Assembly (NCBI GenBank): GCA_046758745.1
Contig: JBHIAV010000002.1
Span: 1-64,000, forward strand
Origin: Gemmatimonadota bacterium
GTDB taxonomy: Bacteria; Gemmatimonadota; Gemmatimonadetes; Palauibacterales; Palauibacteraceae
Direction of reading: 5' to 3'
DNA: 64,000 nt
Positions 19,186 to 29,604 of the stretch are shown piece after piece. Position 1 is the first letter of the stretch; every line of letters begins with the position of its first letter. A program made the translations under genes and the position numbers. The notes under the pieces are model-generated. The model saw only the letters and a list, made by a program, of their open reading frames with translations. It was not told the origin of the DNA and ran no database searches.

Positions 19186-20223
19186 TCAGTACGCCAGCAA
19201 CCAGCGGGCCGCCGTCATGATGTCCTCCGTTTGGGGCAGGTGGTAGTCCTCGAGCGGCGGTGAGTACGGTACCGGCGTGTCGAGGGCGGTGACGCGCCGG
19301 ATCGGAGCGTCGAGCCACTCGAAGGCCTCCTCGCAGATCTGCGCGGCGATCTCGCCGCCAAACCCGCCGAAGCCCGATGCCTCGTGCACGATGAGGGCGC
19401 GGTTCGTCCGCTTCACGCTCTCCATGATGGCGGCGGCGTCGAGCGGGCGCAGCGAGCGCAGGTCGATGACCTCGAGCTCCGATCCGTCCTCCTGCGCAAT
19501 CTTTTCAGCCGCCTCCAGCGACTTGTAGAGCGTTCCTCCGTACGTGACGACCGTGAGGTCGGCGCCGGGCCGCGCAGTCCGGGCCTTCCCGATCGGCACG
19601 AAGATCTCTTCATCCGTCGGGAGCATCTCCTTCACCCGCCGATACAGGAATTTGTGCTCGAAGTACAGGACCGGATCGGGGTCCCGGATGGCGGCGCGCA
19701 GGAGCCCCTTGGCGTCGTACGCGGTGGCGGGGGCGACCATCTTGAGGCCAGCCACGTTGGCGAAGTACGACTCCACGTTCTGCGAGTGGAAGGGGCCGGA
19801 GCGCGCCCCCCCTCCGCAGGGGCCGCGAATGACCAGCGAGGCTCCGATTCCGGTCCGGTAACGGAGCTTGGCCGCGAAGTTCACGACCATGTCGAAGGCG
19901 GGAGCGATGAAGTCGATGAACTGCATCTCGGCGATCGGACGCAGGCCCATGTGGGCCGCTCCGATGGCCGCCCCGACGATGGCGGCCTCGCTGATCGGCG
20001 TGTCGATCACCCGCTCCGGCCCGAACTCCGAGAGGAATCCCTCGGTGATCTTGAACGCGCCGCCGTACACCGCTATGTCCTCGCCCAGGATGAAGACGCG
20101 ATCGTCCGTCTTCATCTCCTCCCACATCGCCTCGCGGATCGCCTCCAGGTAGGTGGTCTCCTTGAGACGTGGCCGCTCCTCTCCCGTCGGCCGTGCGGCC
20201 GCCCGCGTCATCGTCTCTGCCAT
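19186..20223 (-). CDS. 2-oxoacid dehydrogenase E1 beta subunit
   Basis: GEDI..YGGAF, DTPISE, EMQFIDF, GPFHSQ. Confidence 0.95.
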   Translation of the reverse strand: MAETMTRAAARPTGEERPRLKETTYLEAIREAMWEEMKTDDRVFILGEDIAVYGGAFKITEGFLSEFGPERVIDTPISEAAIVGAAIGAAHMGLRPIAEMQFIDFIAPAFDMVVNFAAKLRYRTGIGASLVIRGPCGGGARSGPFHSQNVESYFANVAGLKMVAPATAYDAKGLLRAAIRDPDPVLYFEHKFLYRRVKEMLPTDEEIFVPIGKARTARPGADLTVVTYGGTLYKSLEAAEKIAQEDGSELEVIDLRSLRPLDAAAIMESVKRTNRALIVHEASGFGGFGGEIAAQICEEAFEWLDAPIRRVTALDTPVPYSPPLEDYHLPQTEDIMTAARWLLAY

Positions 20224-20271
20224 GAGACTCCGTGCAGTGGCGGTTGGGGTCTCCTCACGCCCGTCTCTCCG

Positions 20272-21405
20272 CTACGCGCCGACCAGGTCGGAATAGACGG
20301 CCGTGCGGCGTGTCCAGGGCACCGAGGGATCTTGGGTGGGAGCCCCGTACACCTCGGTCCGCGTGCTTTCCGGCTCCGGCATGCTGTCGGCCAGCGCTTC
20401 CTCTACCGCAAGATCGAGCTCGCCGTCCACTCCCTCCCGAACACCGCGTAAGCTCGCTCCGGACTCGAAGCCGTGCTCGATCAGGTATCGCTCGAAGCGC
20501 GCGATCGGGTCGCGGCCGCGCCACGCCTCGAGTTCCCCGGCCGGCACGTAGTGCTGCGGATCGTGCTGGGCGTGACCGCGCATGCGATACGTCTCGGCCA
20601 CGATGAGGGTGGCTCCGCCACCCCGCCTCGCACGGTACACGGCGTCCCGTGTGGCGTCATACACCTGCAGCACGTCGTTCCCGTCCACCCCGACCGTCGG
20701 AAGGCCGTATGCCTTCCCAACGTCCGTCCACTTCTCGGCGACCGACTCTCGCTCGCTTCGGGTGGCGAACGCCCACCGATTGTGCTGGAGGATCACCACC
20801 AGAGGGAGGTCGAGCGCGGCGGCGAAGTTCATCCCTTCATGCGAGGCGCCCGTACGGCTCGCGCCGTCTCCCTGATATGTGAGACACACCCGACGTTCAC
20901 CGCGGATCTTGAAACCGAGCGCCACCCCGTTGAGGACGCAAAGCTGGGTGCCGAGCGGGCTGACCGGCCCGAGAAGGCCGAGCTTCGGCACCGTGAAGTG
21001 GGTCGTGTTGTCCTTCCCGCGGCACAGCGAAGAGGCACGAGCCATGTACTGGAGGAGCATGTCGCGGGGGCCGAGGCCGCGAACGAGGAGCGCCCCCATG
21101 TCGCGGATCGACGGGGAGAGCCAGTCACCGGGCTCCAGCGCGTACGCGCTTCCGACCGCCGTCGCCTCCTGGCCCAGGCTCCGGTAGAGCCCGCCGACGA
21201 TCTTGCCCTGCTTGAAGAGACGCTCGAACCGCTCCTCGAGCTCTCGCGTGAGGTAGAGGAACCGGTACAGCTCCCGCAGGTCCTGTGCACTCAGTGAGCT
21301 CAGCTCGCCGCTCCTCACCGCTTCGGGTGTTCGTGCGGTCCTGTGCGCGCCCGGGATCGCACCGACCGGTTGGCCGAAGATAGGCGCGCCGCCCGCAGAG
21401 TTCAA
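20272..21405 (-). CDS. 2-oxoacid dehydrogenase E1 alpha subunit (ThDP-dependent)
   Basis: GQEA, GDG..N ThDP motif, VDGND, TYRMRGH. Start uncertain. Confidence 0.92.
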   Translation of the reverse strand: MNSAGGAPIFGQPVGAIPGAHRTARTPEAVRSGELSSLSAQDLRELYRFLYLTRELEERFERLFKQGKIVGGLYRSLGQEATAVGSAYALEPGDWLSPSIRDMGALLVRGLGPRDMLLQYMARASSLCRGKDNTTHFTVPKLGLLGPVSPLGTQLCVLNGVALGFKIRGERRVCLTYQGDGASRTGASHEGMNFAAALDLPLVVILQHNRWAFATRSERESVAEKWTDVGKAYGLPTVGVDGNDVLQVYDATRDAVYRARRGGGATLIVAETYRMRGHAQHDPQHYVPAGELEAWRGRDPIARFERYLIEHGFESGASLRGVREGVDGELDLAVEEALADSMPEPESTRTEVYGAPTQDPSVPWTRRTAVYSDLVGA

Positions 21406-21427
21406 ATCGGCCCGCGAGCCTTGCGCT

Positions 21428-22510
21428 TTACGTCTCAGTAAAGGGCAGCTCGCCCACCCGCACGCCGGGTTGCCCCCCGGGTGTTGCGGCGAGGGCGGCC
21501 CCGGGCTCCACCTCCCGGCGTACGTATCCGAGGGCGATGGGGCCGAAGCGGGGTGAGCGCACGGCCGAGGTGACGGCGGCCACTTCCCGCTCCCCGGCGA
21601 AGAGTCGCTGCCCGGCCTCGGGCCGATCCTCCCGGAAGTGGAGTCCCCGGAGGTGCCGGTTCACGTGCCCGCGGTAGTGTATGCGCGCCACCACCTCCTG
21701 GCCGGTATAGCATCCCTTCGTGTAGCTGATCGCCCGCTCCTCCTGGCCCGTCTCCTGGGGGAGGACGTCGAGGGAGATCTCCGCGCCGTACACGGGGATG
21801 CCCCGCTCGACGCGCCAGATATCGTACGCCTCCTGTCCGGCCGGTCCTCCGCCGGCCCTCCGGGCCCCTTCGGTCAGGGCGGCCCACGTGTCGGCCAGCG
21901 ACGCGGCAGGGAGATACAGATCGAAACCGGGTCCCTCGATCTCCTCGCGGCGGAGCGCTGTCGCCGTGGTACCTCCGCCGAGGGGAAGCTCGGCGGCTTG
22001 TAGGGGGGCGAGCGAGGCCGGGTCGAAGCCAGGCTCGCCGACCTGCCCCCCTGCGGCGAACGCCGCCACCAGGACCTCGGCCCCGGGTCCGACGATGCCC
22101 AGACGGCACACGTCGTCGAGCGGCGACAGCGTGGCGAGGTGCGGCGGGAGGTACTTGCGGAAGTGCGCCTTCGCCCCGTCCGCCGCAGCGCCGGGGAGGT
22201 CGAGCCACAGCTCGCCGGGAAGCCTCAGGACGCGCAGGTCCGCGATCGGCCGCCCCTTGGGCGTCAGGAGGAAGGCATACGCGGCATGGCCGGGGGAGAG
22301 CTTCGCCACGTCGTTGGTGACGAGCCCACCCAGCATCTCGGCGGCTCGCTCGCCTTCTACCCGCAGCAGGACGCGATCCGGGTTCGGGACCACGGCTGCG
22401 GAGGAGGTGAGCGACGTGTACTCGGCCGGCGGGTCGCCGAAGGAGAGGGGGACGGCCGTGTCGGCACCGCTCCAGGCCTTCCTAAGCTGCCCCCAGGCAT
22501 CCTCGTGCAT
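21428..22510 (-). CDS. Folate-binding YgfZ/GcvT family protein
   Basis: KGCYTGQEVVAR signature; LTPKGR. Confidence 0.9.
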   Translation of the reverse strand: MHEDAWGQLRKAWSGADTAVPLSFGDPPAEYTSLTSSAAVVPNPDRVLLRVEGERAAEMLGGLVTNDVAKLSPGHAAYAFLLTPKGRPIADLRVLRLPGELWLDLPGAAADGAKAHFRKYLPPHLATLSPLDDVCRLGIVGPGAEVLVAAFAAGGQVGEPGFDPASLAPLQAAELPLGGGTTATALRREEIEGPGFDLYLPAASLADTWAALTEGARRAGGGPAGQEAYDIWRVERGIPVYGAEISLDVLPQETGQEERAISYTKGCYTGQEVVARIHYRGHVNRHLRGLHFREDRPEAGQRLFAGEREVAAVTSAVRSPRFGPIALGYVRREVEPGAALAATPGGQPGVRVGELPFTET

Positions 22511-22671
22511 TGCTGCCGCTGTCCTGCAATCCCCGCCGGAGCCACGCACCCGCTCGAATGCCGCCCCGGGGCCCCGGCCGAACGGTCTCGAGATGCCGAG
22601 AGCCCCCGGTCGCCGGAGCGGCGCCGGGAGCTCTCTCGCGCTTGCCGGCTAAGCTGCGGCGGCCCTCGCGC

Positions 22672-23325
22672 CTAGCGGGACGCCGTCGTGGCCGCCGGAG
22701 GGGCATCCGTGGCGGAGGCGTATTCCACCACGAACGTAACCCGGCGGTTCTCGATCCCGCTCTCGCCGGGCCCGTGGGCGCCGGCCCTCACCTGACGGGT
22801 CTCGCCGTACCCGACCGTCTTGATGCTCCCGGCCTCCAGACCGGCCGTGCCGGTCAGATAGGCGGCAACAGTCTTCGCGCGCCTCTCGGAAAGGTGCTCG
22901 TTGTAGGCCGCCGGGCCGGCCGGGTCCGCGAAGCCCTCCACGGTGACGAGGGCGTGCGGGTAGTAGCGCTTCACCACGCTGGCGAATCGGTCGAGCACCG
23001 GCGCGTCCACGGAGCGGATCTCCGCCCGGTCGAACTCGAAGTGGACGGGCGTGGCGAACCGGATCCCGTTCTCCAGCTCCTCGATCCTCACCTGGAAGTC
23101 CGAACGGAGCCGATCCAGCGCTTGCCGAAGCCCGTCGAGGTCGCTCCGCAGCCCCGCGATGTCGGCCTCGTTCGTCGAGATCCGGTCGTCCTGCGCGGAC
23201 ATCTGCTCGCGGATGTCGGCCACCGTGTCGTTGAACTCGTCCCTGCCGACCTTGTTGCAGCCGGCCAGCCCCGCGACCAGCACGGCGGCGCCGATCAGCA
23301 GCGGACCATGGTGCGTCGGGTTCAC
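22672..23325 (-). CDS. OmpA family lipoprotein
   Basis: AAAGGAGG RBS plus GTG; lipobox LAGC; coiled coil; HFEFD, EGFAD, YNEHLSERRA, GYGE, NRRV. Confidence 0.92.
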   Translation of the reverse strand: MNPTHHGPLLIGAAVLVAGLAGCNKVGRDEFNDTVADIREQMSAQDDRISTNEADIAGLRSDLDGLRQALDRLRSDFQVRIEELENGIRFATPVHFEFDRAEIRSVDAPVLDRFASVVKRYYPHALVTVEGFADPAGPAAYNEHLSERRAKTVAAYLTGTAGLEAGSIKTVGYGETRQVRAGAHGPGESGIENRRVTFVVEYASATDAPPAATTASR

Positions 23326-23475
23326 TCCGCCTCCTTTCGTTGGCTCGTCCATGGCCCCCGGCGGTCATCCGCTCGTCGGAGGACGCGCGCCGGGACCGTC
23401 GGATCCCGCTTCCGTCCGGATCCACCGAAGATGAATGCTTCAGCCGGCCGGGTGCACAAACCGTACCATACTGCT

Positions 23476-23492
23476 CCCAAGAAGCGTGCCAA
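23476..23492 (-). promoter_or_regulatory. Possible sigma-54 promoter upstream of the OmpA gene
   Basis: Minus strand TTGGCACGCTTCTTGGG: perfect -24 element, -12 element TTGG instead of TTGC. Confidence 0.4.
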
Positions 23493-23585
23493 GCTACTGC
23501 TTTGCCGCCCGTCCGGCGACCTCTCGTACCTCGGGACCGGCTCCCCGTTCCCCGATTCTTTCGAAGGACCGAGCAGCACCCCGCC

Positions 23586-24599
23586 TCACGCCCGCCCCTT
23601 GGCGCGCGACTGCCGGTACCATGCGACAGAGCGGGTCCATCCTTCCACCGTCGAGGTGGTGGGGTTCCACTCCAGCTCGCGTCGGATCCTCCCGCCGTCA
23701 TACGGGTCCGGGTTGGCGAGGAACCACACGCGCGCGCGGTTCAGCCGCGGGCGTCGGTGCCTCCCGAGCGCCGCGAACGCCGCCTCGAGTACGCTGCCCA
23801 CGCCCCGCAGCAGTGCCGGGGGGAGCGGCACGAGCCGCAGCTGCCCCTTCTCGCCCGCCGCGATTGAGAAGAGCTGACGCTGGGTCAGGCGGCCGTCCCC
23901 CGTTACGTTGTAGGTGCGGCCGACCGCCACCTCCCGCTCGGCCGCGAGCCAGAGGGCGACCGCCACGTTTCCCGCGAAGACGATGGGGAGAGGGTTCTCG
24001 CCGTCTCCGACCACGGGGAGCACTCCGTAGCGCGTCAGCTCGACGATGCGCCGCGTGAAGTGCCGGTCTCGCTCCCCGACCACGACGGCCGGACGAAGGA
24101 TGGTCCACGGGAGCCGCGACACGGGCGTCGCGCGCACTACAGCCTCCGCCATCCGCTTCGAGCGCTCGTAGTACGCGTCTTCCCGCACCGGGAGGTCCGT
24201 GGGCGTATCCTCGTCGATGGGAAGGTGATCGTGTTGGCTCGGCGCGCCGTACACGGCCACCGTGGAGACGTGGAGGAATCTTCGCACGCCTGCGTGCAGG
24301 CTCTCCGCGAGGATGTTGCGAGTCCCGTCGACGTTGGGCGCTCGGTAGCCCTCCCAGGGGGCGCGGATCCCAAGGTAGGCCGCAGCGTGCAGAACGACCT
24401 CGCACCCGCCTGCCGAGCCGCGCAAGGATGCCGGATCGGTCAGGTCTCCGAGCACAAGCTCGCACCCGAGGCTCTCCAGGAACGAGGTGTCGCTCGCCGG
24501 TCTGACGAGCGCTCGGACGCGCCAGCCCCGCTCGGACCACAGGGACGCGGCATGGCTTCCGACGAGTCCGGTGGCACCGGTGATCAGGATTCGGGGCAT
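23586..24599 (-). CDS. NAD-dependent epimerase/dehydratase (extended SDR)
   Basis: TGATGLVG, HAAA, YERSK. Confidence 0.92.
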   Translation of the reverse strand: MPRILITGATGLVGSHAASLWSERGWRVRALVRPASDTSFLESLGCELVLGDLTDPASLRGSAGGCEVVLHAAAYLGIRAPWEGYRAPNVDGTRNILAESLHAGVRRFLHVSTVAVYGAPSQHDHLPIDEDTPTDLPVREDAYYERSKRMAEAVVRATPVSRLPWTILRPAVVVGERDRHFTRRIVELTRYGVLPVVGDGENPLPIVFAGNVAVALWLAAEREVAVGRTYNVTGDGRLTQRQLFSIAAGEKGQLRLVPLPPALLRGVGSVLEAAFAALGRHRRPRLNRARVWFLANPDPYDGGRIRRELEWNPTTSTVEGWTRSVAWYRQSRAKGRA

Positions 24600-24910
24600 G
24601 GCTCGCTGCGTCTGACTCGGGACCGGCCACGGCGCATCGCGGGCTCAACGGCCTCTCGTGGGTGGCCGAGGCGCGTGTTGCGCGCCGGGACGGCCGACCG
24701 GCAAGCCCGCAGAATGGAGCCGGCGAGGCCCGTTCGCCAGCCCCACGGGTCGACCCATTCGGCAGCGATACGGGCGGAAGCTCGGGCCCGGGGCAGCGCC
24801 GTGTGAGGCGCGTGGGCGTGCGTCGCACTATGTTTTCGGCGGTGGTCGAGCCGGCGCCGCCGTGCCGAGCGAACGCCGGGTTGCAGTTCGAGACGGAAAG
24901 GGACGAGCCG

Positions 24911-26818
24911 ATGCCCGATTTTCGCGCTGCCCTGGAAAGCGGGCGCGTGATCCTGTTCGATGGCGCCATGGGGACGGAGATCTACCACCGCGGCGTCTTC
25001 CTGAACGTGTGCTACGACGATCTCTGTCGTCGCTCCCCCGACATGATACGCGACATACACGAAGCGTACAGGAAAGCGGGGGCCGAGGTGCTGGAGACGA
25101 ACACCTTCGGGGCGACGCGCGCCCGTCTGCTCGGCTTCGGGCTCGATGACGCGGTCGCGGAGATCAACCTCGCCGCCGCACGGCTGGCCCGCGAGGTGGC
25201 CGGGGAGGAGCTGTTCGTCGCGGGGAGCATCGGCCCACTCGGCGTGCGGCTGGAGCCGTTCGGGCCCACGTCGGAGGAAGAGGCACGGGCGATGTTCGCC
25301 GAGCAGGCGGAAGCGCTCGCCGAGGGACAGGTGGACCTCTTCGCCGTCGAGACCTTCAGTGACCTGGCGGAGATCCGGCAGGCGGTAGCCGCGTGCCGCG
25401 AAGTCGGAGACCTGCCGATCCTCGCGCAGATGACCGTGCAGCTCGACCGAAAGACCACCTACGGCGCCACGCCGGCCCAGATCGCCCGCGAGCTGGAGGG
25501 CATGGGCGTTGACGCCGTCGGGCTCAACTGCAGCGTGGGACCCGCCCTCCTCCTCGACGCCGTGCGCGCGATGTCGGAGGTGACGGACCTCCCGATCTCG
25601 GCCATTCCGAACGCGGGCCTCCCGCAGGACGTTCAGGGGCGGAAGATCTACGTCGCCTCTCCCGAGTACATGGCGAGCTACGCCCGAAAGCTCGTCCAGG
25701 TGGGTGCGCGCTTGATCGGCGGGTGCTGCGGGACGGGACCCGAGCACATCGCGGAGATCGCCAACCAGATCCGCGCCGTGTCGCCGCGTATCCCGCGCCT
25801 ATCCGTTCCGTCGTCCTCCAGGGCTGCACCTCCGTCCTCCGCCGAGGATCGTCCCGCGGTCAGGGTCGTCCCGCTCGCCGAGCGCTCGGCGTGGGGCCGC
25901 AAGCTGGCTACGGGCGAGATGGTGACCAGCGTGGAGATCCTCCCGCCGCGCGGAGCCGATGCCACGCCGATGTTACAATCCTGTCGCTGGCTCAAAGCTG
26001 CAGGGGTGGACGCGGTAAACGTTCCGGACGGCGCCAGGGCGATGATGCGGATGGGCGTGATCGCCGCCGCCGCGATGATCGAGCGAGAGGTCGGGATCGA
26101 GACGGTCATCCACTACTGCTGCCGGGATCGGAACCTGCTCGGGATGATGAGCGACCTGCTGGGCGCCCAGGCACTCGGCCTGCGCAACATGCTCCTCGTC
26201 ACGGGCGACCCGCCCAAGATGGGACCGTACCCGGACGCGACGGCTGTCTTCGACATCGACTCGATCGGGCTGACGAATCTCGTCGCGGCGCTCAACCGGG
26301 GCGAAGACCTCGGCGGGAACCCGATCGGTCCGCCCACCTCTTTCGTCGTCGGTGTAGGGGTCAACCCCAGCGCCGTGGATGTGGAGCGTGAGATGAGCCG
26401 CTGGTACTGGAAGGTGGACGCCGGCGCCGAGTTCGCGGTCACACAGCCCGTGTTCGACGTGGACTGCCTCGTGAGCTTCCTCGAGCGGATTGAGCGGGAG
26501 GGGACCCGCATCCCGATCGTCGCGGGGATCTGGCCGCTCGTCAGTCTGAGGAACGCAGAGTTCCTGAACAACGAGGTACCGGGCATCGAGGTGCCGGACC
26601 GGATTCTCGAGCGCATGCGTCGGGCCCAGGAGAAGGGAAAGGAGTTCGCCCGCGCGGAGGGATGCGGGATCGCGCGGGAGATGCTGGAGCAGGTGCGGGA
26701 GCTGGTGGAGGGGGTGCAGGTGAGCGCACCGTTCGGCAAGGTTCCGTATGCGCTCGACGTTTTCGCGGCTCTGGACGGTTTCCCCACCGTCGAGGAGGTG
26801 GAGCGACGACTCGGGTAA
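24911..26818 (+). CDS. Bifunctional homocysteine S-methyltransferase / methylenetetrahydrofolate reductase (YitJ-like)
   Basis: DGAMGT, GLNCSVGP, PNAG, GGCCGT, followed by MTHFR domain (CRDRN, TGDPP, TQP). Confidence 0.93.
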   Translation: MPDFRAALESGRVILFDGAMGTEIYHRGVFLNVCYDDLCRRSPDMIRDIHEAYRKAGAEVLETNTFGATRARLLGFGLDDAVAEINLAAARLAREVAGEELFVAGSIGPLGVRLEPFGPTSEEEARAMFAEQAEALAEGQVDLFAVETFSDLAEIRQAVAACREVGDLPILAQMTVQLDRKTTYGATPAQIARELEGMGVDAVGLNCSVGPALLLDAVRAMSEVTDLPISAIPNAGLPQDVQGRKIYVASPEYMASYARKLVQVGARLIGGCCGTGPEHIAEIANQIRAVSPRIPRLSVPSSSRAAPPSSAEDRPAVRVVPLAERSAWGRKLATGEMVTSVEILPPRGADATPMLQSCRWLKAAGVDAVNVPDGARAMMRMGVIAAAAMIEREVGIETVIHYCCRDRNLLGMMSDLLGAQALGLRNMLLVTGDPPKMGPYPDATAVFDIDSIGLTNLVAALNRGEDLGGNPIGPPTSFVVGVGVNPSAVDVEREMSRWYWKVDAGAEFAVTQPVFDVDCLVSFLERIEREGTRIPIVAGIWPLVSLRNAEFLNNEVPGIEVPDRILERMRRAQEKGKEFARAEGCGIAREMLEQVRELVEGVQVSAPFGKVPYALDVFAALDGFPTVEEVERRLG

Positions 26819-26900
26819 GAGGGAGCGGGTCGATGGCGCGATCCCGGCCAGCCGTGTTCGTCTCGCAGGTGCTTTTGGCGTCAGGCCTCGCGGAGTACGA

Positions 26901-27521
26901 ATGCCCCGCCTGATGGCGGTCCTGTACGATCGGCTCCTGGCCGGCGCCGAGGACGCGTGTCTCGGGGAGTGGCGCGCGGAGCTGGTGGGCAGTCTCCGCG
27001 GAGAGGTGCTGGAGGTCGGGGCCGGGACCGGCGCCAACCTGGATCACTATCCTGCGGAGGTGACGCGTGTGATCCTCTCGGAGCCGGATCGGCACATGCG
27101 CGCGCGGCTGCAGCGGAAGCTGCCGGCAGGTGACGGTCGGTTCGAGGTGATCAACGCTGCCGTGGAGGAGCTGCCGCTTCCGGAGGCCTCCCTGGAGGCG
27201 GTCGTGGCGACGCTCGTCCTCTGTTCGGTCGGCGATGTCGATCGGGCACTCTCGGAGATCCACCGGGTCCTCAGGCCCGGCGGCCGCTTTGCGTTCATCG
27301 AGCACGTGGCGGCCGAGGAGGGGACGGCGCGCCTGAAGTGGCAGCGGCGGGTCGAGCCGGTCTGGCGCCGCTTGGCCGGCAACTGCCACCTGGCCCGGCG
27401 CACGGGAGACACCATCCGCGCGGCCGGCTTCGACGTGGAATGGATGAAGGACGAGGAGATCGGGAACGCGCTGCCGCTCGTCCGGCCGGGGATTCGGGGG
27501 ATCGCGGTCAAGTCCGAATAG
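26901..27521 (+). CDS. Class I SAM-dependent methyltransferase
   Basis: VLEVGAGTG, LVLCSV, RVLRPGG, IEHV. Confidence 0.9.
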   Translation: MPRLMAVLYDRLLAGAEDACLGEWRAELVGSLRGEVLEVGAGTGANLDHYPAEVTRVILSEPDRHMRARLQRKLPAGDGRFEVINAAVEELPLPEASLEAVVATLVLCSVGDVDRALSEIHRVLRPGGRFAFIEHVAAEEGTARLKWQRRVEPVWRRLAGNCHLARRTGDTIRAAGFDVEWMKDEEIGNALPLVRPGIRGIAVKSE

Positions 27522-27564
27522 TCCGCCGGCTGCCCGCCCGGAGCATCGCGCCACCTGTCAGCCG

Positions 27565-29592
27565 ATGACGAACATGTTGACCAAGTACCTCGATAGAGAG
27601 GTTCGAAGGCGCCCTCCCACGGTGCGGCTCCAGGGCCGCATCCTCTTCCTCACGGAGGATCCCGAGCTCATTCGGCGACAGCTCGCAGGTGAGGATCTCG
27701 AGTGGGATCCGTCACTGAAGCTCCGGGATGACATAAGCACCGACGAGATCACTCCCGCCTGGGTGTGCTACTACTTCGACGAGAAGCTCGGGCAGTACCC
27801 CTACGTGGGCCTCCGCTGCGGCGGCGAGTACCCGATCGCGAGCGGCGAGGTGGCGCGCGGTGGCTTCGTCGCCTCGGTGTCCGGCAAGCGCCGTGGGAAA
27901 GGGTCGAGCCGCGAGGCCTCACCGTACGCCGAGCGGGCAGCCGGAATCCGCGTCGTAATCGCCGAGAACATCGAGCGCATCTACCAGGAAAACTGCGAGA
28001 ACCTGGGGGTCCTGACCACCACGGACTTCTCGATCATCGAGCGGATCCGCCGCGCCGAGGAGATCCCGCTCGAGGCTTTCATCGGCCAGGCGCGGCAGAT
28101 CGAACGCGACATCATCGAGTACGGGGGGCTGCTCGACTACGCCGTGGCTCGCCTCAAGGGGCTCGTGCAGGTACCGGAGATCCGCACACCCGGCGGCCGC
28201 CCCATGACGATTGGCGAGAAGATCCTCGCCCGCCACTGGGTCGGTGACCTGTCGGCGGGCGAGATCGGAGTGCCCGCGGTGGCGCCGGGCGACACCGGGT
28301 TTGTCCGCACGGACATCCGCTTCAGCCATGAGTACGTGACACCGATGGCCTCCACCTTCTGGGAGGAGTTCGCCGGCGAGGACGCGGGACTCAATGATCC
28401 CGAGACCATCTACTTCTTCCGCGACCACCTGGCCTTCCTCGACCAGGTGATCGGCGAGGAGAAGAAGGAGAAGGGACTGCTGGACGCGGCGCATGCCCTT
28501 CACGACCGGCAGCGGGAGTTCGCGGCGAAGCGGGGGATTCGCTTGCACGGCGACCTTCCGGACCGCACGGGGAGCGAGGCCATCTGCCATGTGAAGGTGC
28601 TCGGGGAATACGCGCTCCCGGGACAGGTGATCGTGGGGAGCGACTCGCACACGCCGCATTCCGGCGCGATCGGGTGCGTCGCTTTCGGCGTCGGAACGAC
28701 CGCGCTCGTGAGCTCCTGGGCCACCCGGGACGTGCGCCTCGAGGTTCCCCCGTCGGTGAGGATCGAGATCGCGGGAGAGAGGCCCGAGAACGTTACCGCC
28801 AAGGACTTGATGCTCGAGATCCTCCGCCACCCGTATGTGAGGAGCGGCGAGGCGATCGGGAAGATCGTGGAGTACGCCGGTGGGGCGGTCGAAAGGCTGA
28901 GCGTCGACGAGCGCGCCACCCTCACCAACATGGCGGCCGAGATCGGCGCCCTCACCGGGATCGTGGCGCCGGATGAGGTGACGGTGGCGTGGCTCGTCAC
29001 GCGCCGCGGAATGGACCGCGCGCGGGCGGAGTCGCTGATCGAAGGGCTGACGAGCGACGACGGAGCGGAATACGAGTGGACGATGGAGATCGACGCCTCG
29101 GCTCTCCGCCCCATGGTGGCAACCCCCGGCGACCCCGGCAATGGGATCCCGGTCGACGAGCTTGGCCGGGACGTGCGGGTCGACATCGTGTATGCCGGCT
29201 CTTGCACGGCGAGCAAGCGAGATGACATCGATATGGCGGCCCGCGTGGTCCGGCAGGCGCGCGAGGAGGGACGCCGCGTGGCGGAAGGCGTCGAGGCCTT
29301 TCTCCAGTACGGCTCGCTCGACGTCGAGGACTACGCGCGCCGGATGGGCTACGACGCGCTCTTCCGCCAGGCCGGCGTCACCGTCCTCGCTCCCGGCTGC
29401 GGTGCCTGCATCAACGCCGGCCCGGGGATCAGCCGCACCGCGGAACAGGTGACGGTGAGCTCGATAAACCGGAACTTCCCAGGCCGTAGCGGGCCTGGGA
29501 AGGTGTTTCTGGCGAGCCCCTACACCGTGATGGCCTCCGCCTTTGCGGGTCGCATCGTGCCCTTCGAGCCCCGGAAACCCGCCGTCGTGTAA
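27565..29592 (+). CDS. Aconitase-family dehydratase, swivel (LeuD-like) + large-subunit (LeuC-like) fusion
   Basis: N-terminal DISTDEI and GSSRE; then DH, DSHT, NMAAE, GSCT, CGAC, NRNF.GR. Confidence 0.85.
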   Translation: MTNMLTKYLDREVRRRPPTVRLQGRILFLTEDPELIRRQLAGEDLEWDPSLKLRDDISTDEITPAWVCYYFDEKLGQYPYVGLRCGGEYPIASGEVARGGFVASVSGKRRGKGSSREASPYAERAAGIRVVIAENIERIYQENCENLGVLTTTDFSIIERIRRAEEIPLEAFIGQARQIERDIIEYGGLLDYAVARLKGLVQVPEIRTPGGRPMTIGEKILARHWVGDLSAGEIGVPAVAPGDTGFVRTDIRFSHEYVTPMASTFWEEFAGEDAGLNDPETIYFFRDHLAFLDQVIGEEKKEKGLLDAAHALHDRQREFAAKRGIRLHGDLPDRTGSEAICHVKVLGEYALPGQVIVGSDSHTPHSGAIGCVAFGVGTTALVSSWATRDVRLEVPPSVRIEIAGERPENVTAKDLMLEILRHPYVRSGEAIGKIVEYAGGAVERLSVDERATLTNMAAEIGALTGIVAPDEVTVAWLVTRRGMDRARAESLIEGLTSDDGAEYEWTMEIDASALRPMVATPGDPGNGIPVDELGRDVRVDIVYAGSCTASKRDDIDMAARVVRQAREEGRRVAEGVEAFLQYGSLDVEDYARRMGYDALFRQAGVTVLAPGCGACINAGPGISRTAEQVTVSSINRNFPGRSGPGKVFLASPYTVMASAFAGRIVPFEPRKPAVV

Positions 29593-29604
29593 GGGCGGAT
29601 CAGG

